From Raillietiella orientalis (taxonomy: Eukaryota), in NCBI GenBank assembly GCA_036172245.1, contig JAYWIR010000015.1, positions 2,604,001 through 2,668,000 on the forward strand: a stretch of DNA of 64,000 bases, read 5' to 3'. The notes under the pieces were generated by a model. It ran no database searches. It saw only the letters and a program-made list of their open reading frames with translations, and was not told where the DNA came from. The translations under genes and the position numbers were made by a program. Positions 50,640 to 64,000 of the stretch are shown piece after piece. Positions within the stretch are counted from its first letter, which is position 1. Each line of letters opens with the position of its first letter.

Positions 50640-53350
50640 TGAGTTAACGACAGAGACAGTCCGCCACAATTTCTTCCTCTTGCACTTTGATTGATTGCTG
50701 CTAATTGGGTGAAGTCTCTGTTGAATTTGTGGCCATTCAGGGTTGGAAAGATCCGAGAACGCAGCGTGAATTCAAGGCGTTCCTTTCTCTCCCCATCCTT
50801 TGTCAGGTTTTGGGAGGCAAAAATTTCATTTTCCAAGATAAAAAGAAGTCCTATTTGGAATTTTGCTCATTCTCCATGTACTTGGATTGATCTGACGAGG
50901 TTACGATCATTGAATTAGCCGGAGATCTGCCGAAAGTCCTGAGTAGGGATTTCGCTTACTTGTTTCCAGAGGCCTGTCTGCGTGATACACCGCGAGCCAG
51001 TTCTCTTATCAGGCAAGCAGAAAACCAAAGGCTTCCATTAGGAGCACGTAGGTGAACAGCGTACGCGTTTCTCCCCTTACGAAAAATGCATCGTGGAAGC
51101 ACTGCCAAGAAGCTGGGAAATACCTGAGAACTCTGCATTTTACCATCATCATCTTCCGTAGTCTGAACCAGCACCTAAGACAATTAGATGATAACTTCCT
51201 TTGAGATCTGGAAGCATCCTTCCCTTCTCTGATAAGTGGACGATTCCTGAAGTTCTTGAGTTTGCCTCCGAGTTGAACTTCCCAAGCCTCCCGGCAAAGA
51301 GGGCAAGCATATGGCACGCGTCGCCGGTTGCGCTGTGGGTGAATCAGAGGAAGTTCGAGCTTGTACCGATTTTGCAGTTTCATCGAAAGTCCGCACTAGC
51401 GCGGCTGGAGCTCTAGTATTCTGCCTGTATGTCATGTTTGGTAGTTTCCGAATGGCATGTCTACGCCGTGATGGGTTTTGCGTACCAAAGCACGGGTTCC
51501 TTTACATCTACACCATTGCCGCTGCTAGCTAATTTCGAAAGATACCCGAGTTCGCGGCAGTTTGAGTGGGGGAGCTGTCTGGCAAAGAAGAACCTGGGGT
51601 GAGAACAGATGATGTTCCCTTTTCCTCTTTCCTGGTAAAGACAAAAACCCACATACTGATGCCGTTTCCTGGGTCGTTTCCGTTTTTCCTCGCCTGTTCT
51701 TCCACCGGGATGGCATTCGAAAGTCAGATCACGCCCACAGGGTATCCGACGTCCGTTCTCTTTAGTTAGGAAGCTGATTCGCCGTCTCACCAGATCGCAG
51801 AAGATGCATCAGACTTCCTGGTGGTCAAAGTGACTCTTGAGAGGTTCTCCTGGGTCAAGAAAGTCAGTCATACAAAGTAACAACGGAATGCAATGAGAAG
51901 GATGCTTAAGATGGACTCATCGATGGTACTGTCCTTCACTGAGTTCACAGTAGACTGCGGTGCTCAATGATTAGCGAGGCCGCAACACCGTCGAACAACT
52001 AAAAGACCGAAAACATCATGAGAGCCTCAGGGAGTGGACCGTCATTTGACCAACTCATCCTCGATGTTTTCTGGAGCTCACTGCTGCCAGTGTTCTCCCG
52101 ACTGACATCGAGGACCTCCCCCTCTTGGAGCACCCTCTCTCTTGGGCAGCCTGGAAGGCGCGAAGTACCACACCGCATGATGTGCACCGCCGCACCTCTT
52201 GTGCTTCTGGATACCCGTATTGCTGTTCATGTCCCATCGGCATCTTACAAGATGGTGGTTTCGAAGAATGACTCGTCACCCTGGGAGCATTCAGTGTGAG
52301 CGAGAAGAGTTGAGGTTAGCAGATGGTAAAGACAATCGTAGGAAGAAGGAAAAACAGAACACATGGAGTACCTGGAATTCCTTTGTCATATGGAGATAGA
52401 GGCGAGAGGAGAGGTGGTCAATTCATAAACACGGTTTGAAGATGGGAGGTAAAGGCTCCACTCTTAGCTTCAGGATGTGCCTAGGTTATCCCTCCTAAAA
52501 TGGATTCGGAGAGAAGGAGGTTTATGAAAGATCTTTTGAGGATATGAGAAGAGGCGGTCACTTCTTTTTGGAAGAGTCCGCCTTGCCAGATTTTTCCTCG
52601 ATAGCATAAGATAACTCAGGTGGGTGGAATCTGTGCGAGCCTGCTGAGGCAAAAACAGCAACTTGAGTTTCTTTTTACGTTTCGCCATTGGAAGTTCATT
52701 GGGAAACGTGACTCTATCTTAGTGGGCATCTCAAGTAAAGCCTGCTTTCTACTACAGGCTTGACTCCTAGATTTCTCACCCTTCCAGTGTCCCGCTCCCA
52801 TGAGGACGTATTCCTCATGGGAGTTGCATAGTATTTCACTTTTATTTGTTATATTCGAGGGATATTATGATATTTAATGTCTGAAAACACTTCATATCGG
52901 CATGAGCCACCGTTGTTTATCCTCTCCAAGGAGTTTACTGCTTTTAATTCCAGAATCAGAAGGCCAGTCTGCAAAACAACTGTGTGTTGATAGAAATTTC
53001 TATTCCTCTGAATCGAGAAATTGTTTTCATACCCTCTTCCACGTATACTGCAGCTTGCTTAATGACCAAAATTTCGTTTCGAGAAAGTGAGAGACGATGT
53101 TTCCATCTGTTTTACTTCTGGAGTTCCGTGTCCCTGTGATCTACCAAAAACATAAGTGGAGCTCTGAAAGAATAGTCGCTGACAACAGTTGAGACTCCCC
53201 TTCTGAAAACAGGAACTTCTCTGAAACATTCCGTGTCCTTCTATCAAATAGTTCTCTCCCTTTCAACAGATTACAGAATTTCTCAAGAACGGAAGAAATG
53301 CCTCTCGAAACCAGAGAGATCCCATGCATGAAGTCAATGGGCTGTTCTTA
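50640..53350 (-). mobile_element. Decayed Ty3/gypsy (Mag-like) gag-protease-RT remnant
   Basis: gag RNVSEKFLFSEGES..L..LC (~53200); Zn-knuckle-like RRCTSCG..CSKRG (~52170); RRVPYA..REAWE (~51310); FRKGRNAY...ELARGVS (~51000-51090); YLENEIFAS (~50830). Confidence 0.65.
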
Positions 53351-53504
53351 GATAGGAAAAAAACTTCAAATAGTAACTGAGGAGAATTCATTGGATTCTT
53401 TTATTTGCAGCAAATACTTCAAATGTGATTTTTAACACGTCTATGCAAATGATAAGAAACGCAAGAAATGAGAATGAAAGGAACGAGAAAGATTGGTTCT
53501 CCAG

Positions 53505-53547
53505 AATTTTAAAATCTCAAAACCACTAGTTTTGAGATTTTAAAATT
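53505..53547. repeat. Perfect 19-bp inverted repeat followed by a partial direct copy
   Basis: AATTTTAAAATCTCAAAAC cacta GTTTTGAGATTTTAAAATT, then AAAACCACTAGTT repeated at ~53557. Confidence 0.9.
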
Positions 53548-56500
53548 TTAAATTTTAAAACCACTAGTTCTTGTGATTGCACACATGAGAGAAATTATTG
53601 CATCAGCGATGCTTAAAAAGGGAGACTTTACTCAACACCTATTTCACAGATTTTTAGAGTGATCTTTATCCGAACGACATCTGTAGATTAGGGCCATTTC
53701 TCACTATATAGAAAAGATCTGTCATGTGGCTACTACTATAACTTTCTAATAAAAATAGTATATATCTGACAGGCTAATTGAATAATATGTTTGAAATCTG
53801 TGCTATTAGTATTTCTTTTTTTCTTCATCTATATATAATACACGTTCGAAACCAGATCATTATGTGTCTATCTTTTTGCTTGATTGCAATTGAATGAAAT
53901 TTCAGCAGATTAGAGATCTCAAAAGCAAAATAGAATTTCGGTACGTTGTACCAGTTTTTCCACGTATAGATAATTTTAATTTAAATGATAAATCCAACAA
54001 AGTGCTGGAATGCATAAGATGTAATTACATTTTGGAAACGTCCGATAAACTATATGAAACAGAACCTTCATTTTTTAAATATCGGAAGAAAGGTGCTCCA
54101 TAAAAAAAGACACATAGAATAAATGCAAAAATGCATTCACTTTTCTTGAAATACATCATGATTTATACTTTTTCGAAGTGGTTTCGTGTTTTTGGAAATG
54201 TCAATTGAAATGATAATTTTCATAGGAAGATTGGAGTGTATTTCAGTTTTTTTCGAGATGTTCACCTCCGTATGCTTTGAAAAGTTCAGTATTAGTGTCT
54301 AATAGATTTTTTTGGAATCGTCAAACACTTTAGATTTAATTTAATTACAGGGGTTGTTGTTTATTCATTAAATTTTCATGATATTGGAGTAATTTTGAGA
54401 TTATTTCGTGAAGTACTTGGTATCTCTAATGAAGAAAATTTGAAAATTTTGTTTTCGTGTGAGTATCAGTGAATTCAAATTTGAATGATGTGTCATATGT
54501 GAGGTTTCAAGGAATTACAAGGATCTGTTTGGTTCATAGTGTTTTGTTACAGTTTCTGAGACTCTAAGAAAAAAAAAACACGAGGTTCAGTCGTGGAATA
54601 TTCGTTTCATTCCATGACTTATTCGTTTCATTCCATGAATCTTGATGAAATGCTAAAACTTTGGATAGGGAATAACTATATTTGCAAAATGCAACGCCAG
54701 AAATTCGAATTTTTAGTCAACTCTCGCAGAATGGAAATTAAACATTTCTGACCCAAAATTTACTCTAGAAGCGATTTTGGTATCTTGTGTATAGTAATGC
54801 TTTATTTTATTTTTTTCTTCAAAGTCGGTGTTTATTAAAAATTGGCATTCTGATTGAAAAAAAAAATATTGTCGATTGTGTTTGGAAGTGTTTGATTGTT
54901 TAGTGAAATAGTACTCGGTCCTGCTTTTTGAGATAATGAAAACACCTGAGTATAAAATCGCTAAAGGTGAGTTGCTATATTGATTGATATATATGCTGGA
55001 ATTTTTATGTGTGTTTCACTTTTATGTGCATAGAATGCCACCATAACTTTGTACAGTGCGTATTTCTGTATTGTGTGATTTATTTTTTTTGTCATTTTTA
55101 TTTTTTTGATGTTTTTATATGAAAAGGAAATAAATAAAGTTGGAAGTAAATTAAAATTAAAGTGTTTATCTGTGAAATTGAGCCGGTCTCTGATGTTATT
55201 GGGTTTCTCAAATTTTCTAAAACTTAATTATATTGAACTTCAACTTAATTTCAGGATTTTACCAGCATTTTGCCAAGTGTCATCTTTGGTATTTGGTAAA
55301 TGTTTATTTGTGGGTTAGGTTTATACAGGAATTATTGAAGTATTCATGCAAGAGATGTGCTGGTAAACAAAAACCTCATATGAAATAATTCACTTTAGAA
55401 GTGAACTTTTTTTATGTGAGGTTTTGGTGTGGTATTTATAAATTCAGTTTTAATAAAAATGAATTAATTCTGGGTTGATTGCTTTTTACAAGAAATAGCT
55501 ATGTGAGTTAAGCCCAGTTACCAATTCGTTGGCCGAGTTTCTATTTTTGTTATTAATATTCGAATGTATTTTTGTTAGTAATGTCTGAAGCAATTTTTAA
55601 TTATGTCACTACTGTGGTGAACGTTTTTTCTTGAATGTCCTGGAGTGCTTCCTTTGTGATCATCTTATTATGTCTTTGAGAAGTACCCTTTCCTAAAGAC
55701 ATGTGTATACTGTTATGGAGTTGTTATATTCAGTAATTATGGATTATGGGTTTTACCAGTTTTATGGATAACTAAGCTCAAGTTCCATACATTGATCGAA
55801 AATGAAACAGAAGGCATGATTCAGTGATAAATATAGCATGCAAGTAGTATGACAATCTAAAAGGAATGTGATTGGGGAATCTGTCTTTTTCTAAATAAAA
55901 TAGAATTACATGTATACTGATTTATGTGTGAAATGGGAACTGAGATGATTGTGCATCTTATGAGTTCATTTCGATAGTTTCAGACTGTGCATCACTGTCA
56001 TTTTCTTCATGAAGATTAGTTCAAAGTGTAATTTGATAAATGTGAATGGGAAATACTTATATATGGATTTCATTGTGTTAGAACTATGAAATCAAGCATT
56101 GTGCATAGTGATTTATCTGGGATTTCTTTTAGATCCTACCTTATATCTGTATTTTTGATTAGAGAGAAAAAGGTTGCGTAATTTTCAAATAGGGTGTTCA
56201 AGCAAGTAATTTCTTTTTTGATAAAAACGATTATGAAATCAGTTGTGTTGTAGCTATTGCTTTTTGTGTTTTCAATTCAGTTGTTTTGATTTTTGTGAAC
56301 ACTGTATGTTAAACACGTTTTTTGCCAGTGTGCAATGTGTGAGTTAGCATGCTATGCCACAAAGTTAATCATTGACATTTGTAAAATTAGAATCTTGATT
56401 GCTGATTTTGATTCATTATTTCAGTCAATATTTTTACTCATTTTGCAATGTGGAATAAATATGTGTTTATTGTTTCAAGGTTATAGTTTCCCATTTTTCT

Positions 56501-57704
56501 ATTGTTTCTTTCATGAGAAGAGAATAAGCATGCAAATTTTTTAAAATGACTTGGTTTTTTTACTTGAGTACATGCCAAGATTATAGTTACAAGAACGTAA
56601 TCCCCAAGTAGGCATCTGAAAATAATTTCACTGATGTTCTCAACTTGTGTTCAACAGGTAGAAAAAAATCACTGATTTATAGGTTTTAAAACTTTTTAAA
56701 GAATTATGGTATTGGTTTTATCTCTTATGCTACCAAATTTACACATTGGTTTTCATGTTCCATGTTTGTCCAATTCTTATTAGGAATTCATTTGTAGTTG
56801 TTCATTCAGTGAATTTAGATTTCATTGGAGCATGAGGTGTCTCACTATCCAATTTAACCCAACTTGAAATAGCTGTTGACAAATTGTCCAGACAGATGAG
56901 ACTCCCATACTAAAGTTCATTCATTTTGTGTTGATTCCTTGGGTAAAGAAAACAATGCATTATGCATTCATTATTCGCTCAACAGAAACGAGTGATTCCT
57001 GTAAGTTTCTCCACAGCATATTGTATCAGTGGTGCATTCTGTGACAACTTTTTTGTTTTTCTTATGGTATTACAACAGTATTCAGTGTCTTTAAAGGGTG
57101 TGATTACAAATACAGTAATGTTTTTGCTGAACCTCTTTCTGTAGAATGATCATCTAACTAAGGATTCGCATGTTCTCATAATTCTGTAGTTATTGACATT
57201 CACTATCAAGGTATCATTTGTGTTTTCTGCCCCATGTTAGTATGAATTGATATGAAAAGTGGAAAATAACCAAGTGGTATCCATTCTGTTCACAAGGAGA
57301 AATGAAATTATGAGGACCTAGAAATACGATGGAAGTTTGCTGCGTTTTTGATTATTTTACACCATGAATCTTAGCCTAGAATGCGAAAATTCTATAATTT
57401 ATGGATGCAACATTCCGTTCATTGTTTTATGTCTCGGATGTTAATCGATACAATTCGGTGACAAGCAAACGTATTACAGTTCTTTCAGCCATCTTGGGAA
57501 TCTTGGAATGTGAAATAAGTAGGTGTTCTGTAGTTGTAGCATGTAGGGATTTGGAATCGAATGCTGAAGAATTTTTGACACTTTCCTGGATTATCGTGCT
57601 TTAGTTTTCCTTTTAGTCATTTCGTTCTTTAATGCAGTTTTCAGCAACGTATGGCCTTTTGTATCATCCACATACTTGTTCACCAAACGTATGAATAGTC
57701 GATA

Positions 57705-57736
<32 letters not shown>

Positions 57737-59339
57737 GGGCATCCAACTCTGGAAACTATTGTGCCAAAGGTTCCCACTTGTTACTCGCATTGAGTGTCTT
57801 TTGTCCATGGTGATTCACCAATTTCCGGTTTGTTTATGTCTCTCCCGGAAAATTTCGTCTTTCTGCCCTTGCAGGTTTATTCGAAATCACAAGTACTGAG
57901 TACTGATGATCTCCCAGGCTCTAATAGAGGATGTTTTCGTGACTGAAAAAAATCTCTTTCAGTCAGTATTTTTCATGGATGCTTTTTCATGTGACTTTAC
58001 ACACCTTGTGTGGTGATTATGGAGGATCTCTAATTCGTGGTTTAACAGAAATGCGTGTGGTTACAGAATCTCCTTGTATATCGCACTTTATGTCGTTCAG
58101 GACCGGAAGCACCGATGCAGTCGTAAATAGAAGGAACCCTTTGAATCCGATTAACGTTACGTAACATTCAGCAGAGACGGTGAGGAAGGAGCTCCCATGT
58201 AACGTCGTCTTCATATAATTTCTGTTCACCCGCGTTTGTTCAGCTTTTGAAAGGAAGGAAGAAGTGTTCCCTCCAGACTGTTATGATACTTGAGCATATG
58301 TGTTGTCTGGTCTGGGGGAAGACATTTGCAACACGTGTTGTGCTCGTGGTTGTTGCACCTTTTTTCTTTTTTGTTTTTGTTTTTTTACAAGCGCCTGTGA
58401 AAATTTGTTTTTGATCATATTCACATGAATGTATGGATTAGACCGCGGAGTTCCCGTTGAAAATGTGCCTCATCGAGTCATCAGTTGATGGATTTTTTTA
58501 TATCATGCAATGGCATGAATCACGAATCCGTCTTCCTGAAACAATCAAACATGTGAGAACCTTCCAAAAAGCTTCAGAGATGGGTTTGCACACACATATG
58601 TATTTGGTTTTGTACGTTCTTGAAGACGTGATGCAATACGCATACGTGCATGTAAAAAAATAAATATATGTATATATGTGTGAATAGATGGATAGATTGC
58701 ATCCCCATAGGCAGATCAGATTTGCCTATGCACTGAGGTAGTATATAGGGTTTGTCACAGGTCATACAGATTTTATTTATCGTAGCAGGCATTTGTGCAT
58801 TTCTAGGTGGGCACGTGCACACCGAAGGTTGATTTTCAACTTCTTCGGTGTGCGGCAACTGTTTACGAATTCGCTTTTTGCTGTAACTGTTTACAATTTT
58901 TCTGTCGTGAAAATATATTCCTCCAGAACACCTCAGATGCTTTTTTTGCATGGAGGTTTTTTTATTGTGAAGGCTTGCTTTGTACTCCTGATTTTTTTTT
59001 TTTTCCCCCTATTTTTTCTGTGGTTTCCGTAATGAGTTTTCATGTGAAAATTCATTTTTCAGTGCAGTCTGAATCCAGCAGTAAGTGATTCACCAGATTC
59101 ATTATTTTTAAGGGAAAATTGCGTTCTGCTGATTATGAGGTTACCAGCGATGAATTACTTATTATTTTTCCATGCCGGAAAGTATCCTTGACGATTGTTT
59201 TTCTTAATCGTCATTTTTTTCCAGTATTGATTCCAAAACGTTGCATGTGCTTGCACGAGTCACGGGAAATCACATGCGCCCGATGTGTGTTGTGTGTGTG
59301 CTTCTGTTCGCAACTACCAGGAAATGTTGTGATTTAGAG

Positions 59340-59980
59340 CGCCGAGGAAATGGGTGTGCGATGCCCGCAAATTCCCCGAAATAGCAGAAAATCCGCCGCT
59401 GCTCAAGTGGATGACTCATTTGGTTAGCTTCTCTCTGCGGATGCCATCGCCTTCCTCAACGCTAATGATTCGCCGGGATCCCTTCCCGAAGGACGTGAAT
59501 CCGCTCGAATTCCAGAAGACTGCGAAACGTGAATAGGCGAGGCTTCAGCTGTTTACGCGCGCCTTCCGTGCGGCTCGGCGCGCGCGTACGCGCAAAAATC
59601 CGTGTCCGTTGTCCGCGTGCACCATCTCCCGAGCATGCTGCGAAATCTGCGACCGGGGAGATGCAAAAATTCGAGCGCATCTTCTTGCCTCTCGAAAGGC
59701 GGGGGGGGGGGGAGGGGAGGGCGAACCGTCGACCTTGGGATCTTTTCCGGGCTTTGCATTTTATACTGTACCAATTAATTGCGAATCGATTTCATTCACG
59801 TGGTTCCGTCGTATCTTCAGGAAGCATTTCGAGTACACGCATTCCTCATAGCGGAAAATTAGGATCGGCAACATGGCCATCGTGTGTGCCTCTTGCAGCA
59901 GTTTGTTATCCCCGAATAACAAGTGTTAATAAGGGAGGATAGAAGGGAAGGGTGAAGCCGCGAATTCCCCATGTCCTCCT
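59340..59980. promoter_or_regulatory. GC/CpG-rich promoter-like island, target gene not identified
   Basis: CpG-dense stretch (gcggctcggcgcgcgcgtacgcg), poly-G, TGACTCA at 59412, kB-like AATTCCCC motifs, strong donor TTT|GTGAGT at 60151. No credible ORF. Confidence 0.4.
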
Positions 59981-60155
59981 ACGCCCTCTCTCAAGACCAG
60001 GCATAAATTTGCTTTTGTTTGTTCCGTTGCTGTAAATAGTGAGCATTTGGTTTTCAGCTGAAAGTTTTGTGCTAATGTGCTGGTGGGTTACGCAACAAGT
60101 CCAGTTTCCTTCGCCCAGCTTTTAATTGCAGTGATTCTCCTGTATTCTTTGTGAG

Positions 60156-60206
60156 TTTTTTTTTAAAAAAAAAAAAAAGAAAAAAGAAAAAAAAATACAT
60201 ACATAC

Positions 60207-60243
<37 letters not shown>

Positions 60244-60261
60244 TATATACATATACATACA
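60156..60261. repeat. poly-T/poly-A and (TA)n/(TACA)n microsatellite
   Basis: Directly visible low-complexity tract. Confidence 0.9.
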
Positions 60262-62199
60262 CAAGTTGTTGGTGCCGAAGAAACTTGCGAAGCCTTTCTG
60301 AGGATTTCGAGTGTGCCTTTCGTGTTTTGAAATGTGGCTTTTCACTCGGGTGTTTTTCCAGTTCTGTCGTGCATGATGTGATTTTTCTCTATCATCACGC
60401 AGAGGATGTGAGTCCTCGAAAGTGAAATCTTAAAGGTAAAACGATTTTCATCCAAAATGGAAAGTGTTTGCGAAAATTGTGTATTTTACGTGTGTTGTGT
60501 TGAATGTGTATTCATGAAATGATTTCACTTGATCTATTACTAATTTTGTATTTTTACGATCCTCCAAGATGAATAGTGTGGATCGTTTAAATTTTGAAGA
60601 AAAACGGCGAATTGTAGCTTCAAGATTATCTGCGAACAACTTTTTAAATAAGCAAAGAGGTAAAAAAATTTTTTCCTGATTTCCTTCCAATATTTCTATA
60701 CCTTTTTAAGAAAGCTTGCCATTTTCTTGCATTTTAAAGTCAACTCGCTGTTAGCCCTGGTGTTTTCTTGGTGTGCATTAATAGGTGTTCTTGTTCATAA
60801 GTCGGTTTGAAATCATTCCGGAGATAAAGGAATGTTTCGACACATTTGAAACGTCTCTTTCATGCTTCTTTTTTTCTTTCTTTCTTTTTTCTTCTTCTTC
60901 CTCCCCTGCTTTATAATGTGCGTGTGTGTGCACGCATCCGACTGATATCTCATTATATTGCCACTTTGCATGTTGCTGCAGTTTCAATTCTGCTTGCGTG
61001 ACCTTGCCTGAAATATTTCCGTCTTCAGAGCACGTTTTCTGTCGTTTCGATGCTGGACCAAGACTATCCATTATCTTGCCTGTGATCATTTGTGCTTGGA
61101 ATGTCTCACCCAGATTTTCAAAGTAGAAAGCATGCCTACTGTGCTTCCTTCCCCCCACCTTTTGGAGGGGAGGGGTGCATGCTCAGCGTGTCGGATGGGG
61201 ATACCGAGATGGAGCAACTTGGTGTTGTGGAATCACAGTCTTTTCTACGAGAACCAGAAAGTTTCGAGTGTGCATCTGTAGGAAATTGCATTGTGAATTT
61301 CGAAAATGGGCATCGAAATTCGTGGGGTCTCGATGCCTTCAGTCCAAAAAAACAAAAAAAAAAAAACGCACTTTGTTCTCTGTTATTGCTATCAAGGTTT
61401 GATTTCTCATAACATGATGGAGGGAAGAAGTTGCAAACTACATCGATAAAGCTACGTACAACACTGTACATGCAAGGCTGTCATCGTACCTTGGGAAATC
61501 GGTCGTTTCTTTGCAGTTAATGTGAAAAGTTTCTCTCATTCATGATCTTCCAGCTTCACCATCGCAAATGCATTCTGCTGTCTTCTTCAAATTTGAGAGC
61601 TGGAAACTGATTCGCTGGGATATCCAGAAGCAGATCCAGTTTTTTTTTTTTTTTTTTCAAAACCATGGTTGCATGCTTGCCTTGTTTTTTCCCGCTTTTT
61701 TTTTTCTTCTCTTTTTGCTTCCTTAAACTGCTTCAGAAATAAACGTATCGGAAATATTCTCAAAAAACAATCAGAAAATACAACTGCCTTTTTTGTTTTT
61801 TCTTCCTGCAAAGCAGAAGGGAGGAAAGAAGCAAACAAGCCTGTGCACAAGCGATTTCGAAACAAATTTCAACTTAAACAACCATTGAAAAGCACTTTTC
61901 AGATCAAAGTCTTCGTACGACTATAGTGCGAGTCGTTTGATATGTGACCATAGATATTTCCCGTTTTTGTCACGAGGACGTTGGAATTTCATTACTCAGC
62001 TTATAATCGATGAGGTTTGAGGTGGCCAATTCAGGAGTTGCCGCTGGTGTCCCTGCAGATTTGCCTCCTCTGCTCGGGTGTAACAGAAAGTTTCCTCTTT
62101 GCAATGGAAGTCCAACATTCTTGTTGTGCCAAGAATAAAAATAGAAACTGTTTACAAAATCTAATGAGAAAAAGTATACTAGTCATTCATTTCGTAAGG

Positions 62200-63250
62200 A
62201 CAATTTAAGAAGGCACGCTCACCTCTTTTTTGAGGGCTGATCGAATTAGCTTCCAGCTGTAACCTCCATGCATCCGAACGAATGTTACAATTCCAGAGAA
62301 AAAAGTGGCCCAGTCGAGAAGTGCAGAATCCGACAGAGTGATTGCCGTGGTTGAAAAAAAAAACACGTTCATCACATGGGGAAAGTTTCTCAAACCGTGG
62401 AGATGGAAGACGAAAAGGAAAAAGACTTCGGACATGGTTGTTTCCCATAATAGTAAGTGAGAAACTTTTTCCTTCTTTTGGTTTCATTCGGGCTGCTCCA
62501 CAATTTCGAGGCTTTTAGCCAGGATAGTAGTGAGGTACGTTTTACGACGTACCATCAGATATCCCGATAATACTTTAAAGGGAGCATTTTTTCTTCCTTC
62601 GTACGCTTCCGTTTCGCAACAATAGCTACCGGAAGCGACGACATGTTTTTGGCAAGCTGTTTGGGAGCTCAGTAAGTTTCGTGCTTCACCATGTAAGCGT
62701 TTATTTCGAGTTTTCCATCTTTATGAATCAGTGATTATGAAATACGCCTGTAAGCCGTTTTGTAGAACAGGAGGTAACGACGGATGGTAGAAATATGGCC
62801 GTTCCTCTTTTCAGGAGGGTTTTTTTTTTTTCGTTGCCGTTTGTATCGTATGTGGCTGCTGTCGGTTATGTTCTTGTACGTGGGTGGACGTTACCGTTGG
62901 CAGTTTCGTTTGTTTCTAGATCCATGTAATGGAAAGGTGGTCAGATCGGTAGTCGATGAAGAAATCGGTTCCTCTGTACCGTTTGTATTTCCCTTTTCCA
63001 TTCGACAGGTGCAGCATTTTTTTCCCCTTGGTTCTTCTGCATCCACTTATTCTTATTTTCTCATTCAGTTTCCTCTTGCGTGCTTTCCACGACAACGAAG
63101 TGCCCATGATTTGATTTCGTGATGTTTTGCGCGTAATCTGGGCTGAATCGAGGAATTATTAATGTAAATGTGGCAGCATCGACTACGTAGTGGTATCCAA
63201 GCCACGTGCAGGGAGTTGGTTGGCCAAGAAAAAAGCCAGCATAGTAGATA
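62200..63250 (-). mobile_element. Decayed mariner/Tc1 transposase remnant
   Basis: Minus strand in order: VAWIPL (~63195, WVPHEL-like), KWMQKNQGEKN..VEWKRE (~63020), LSITWI (~62925), GLRNFPH..LSDSALLDW..FF (~62340, YSPDL-like). No TIR found. Confidence 0.45.
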
Positions 63251-64000
63251 AAGGAGCACAGTAGACGAGAGAATTCAATCGGGGAGGAAAACTGAGGCAA
63301 GTTGCGAAGGAAGCATTCAAAGTCGGTTTAAATAAGCCATACTAAGAGTTTATCTGTGAGTGGCTGATTATCTTCCGTCTATCAGCCCGCACTCCGGCTC
63401 CTTAAGTGATTTGGGGAAAGACGAGATGCCCATCGGATGAAAGAAAGCGTAAAAGGTGAAGCCGTTGAGAATTTCGTATTTTATTATAGTACAAAACTCT
63501 TCGGAAGTCTGGTAAAATAAAACAAAAGAAACAAAGGGCTGTATGGGCTTTTTTGCATGTAAAATTCCCAAATAAAACAAGTTTGAAAATCAAAACACGT
63601 AAAACACTGGAAACACACTTACTGAGAGAGAGAGGTACTCTTAACACACTCAAACAGCTTGAGTGTTCCATATAAAGATTTGTTTTTCCCATAATTTCCT
63701 TCTCACCTCTCCCCCCCCCCTCCCCACTGTCAGATATTTAGTGAAGCTGCAGTGACGTTTATGCACACGTACTTTCCCTATATGTTCAGTTTAGCCAAGT
63801 CGTTAATTTAATTTGAAGTGAAAGGAGCCTTTCACATTCAGGAGTTCGTCTGTCCATCTCCTGAATGCTTGAGCAATAAAAAATTCATGTTGTCAACACG
63901 CACGAGGGAAATTATTTAGATCTCCATATGCGTTTTTCCCTCGTACTGCGTTCTGATGTCATGTAGCTTTTTCAATTTGAATGTTTCATGCATCTTTTGC

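Noticed and set aside
58734..58755. TGAGGTAGTA, matching the first 10 nt of let-7
   Set aside because: The 3' half diverges, there is no good pre-miRNA arm pairing with the seed, and I saw no miR-100 or miR-125 nearby.
60448..61158. KLFADNL as a possible LINE RT motif, and nearby minus-strand ORFs
   Set aside because: A single motif without other ordered RT motifs.
1..64000. CRISPR arrays, tRNA, rRNA or prokaryotic operon-like systems
   Set aside because: None seen; the sequence is intron-rich animal DNA, and the gene neighbours show no evident shared pathway.

Overview
Eukaryotic (invertebrate, arthropod-like) genomic DNA with very compact genes (many introns about 38-60 nt). Spliced genes I can reconstruct: 3' part of STIM (+), TIPIN (-), CSDE1/Unr (+), TSPO (+), a SWSAP1-like RAD51-paralog-family gene (-), SNRPE/SmE (+, with a U12-type first intron), a DUSP8/16-type MAPK phosphatase (-) and a 2xBIR-UBA-RING IAP (+). 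The intergenic space is largely decayed sequence: a multi-C-type-lectin-domain pseudogene interrupted by a TTAA-flanked non-autonomous piggyBac, three near-full-length but heavily mutated Ty3/gypsy elements (two tail-to-tail), LINE, hAT and mariner remnants, and an annexin fragment. I found no rRNA, tRNA or CRISPR array and no clear wholly new biological system. The best leads are the dual U12/U2 splice architecture in SNRPE, the Walker-A-less SWSAP1, the lectin pseudogene, two GC-AG introns, a structured element before TSPO and four unrelated perfect hairpins. All calls were made by eye from remembered family motifs, with no database searches.
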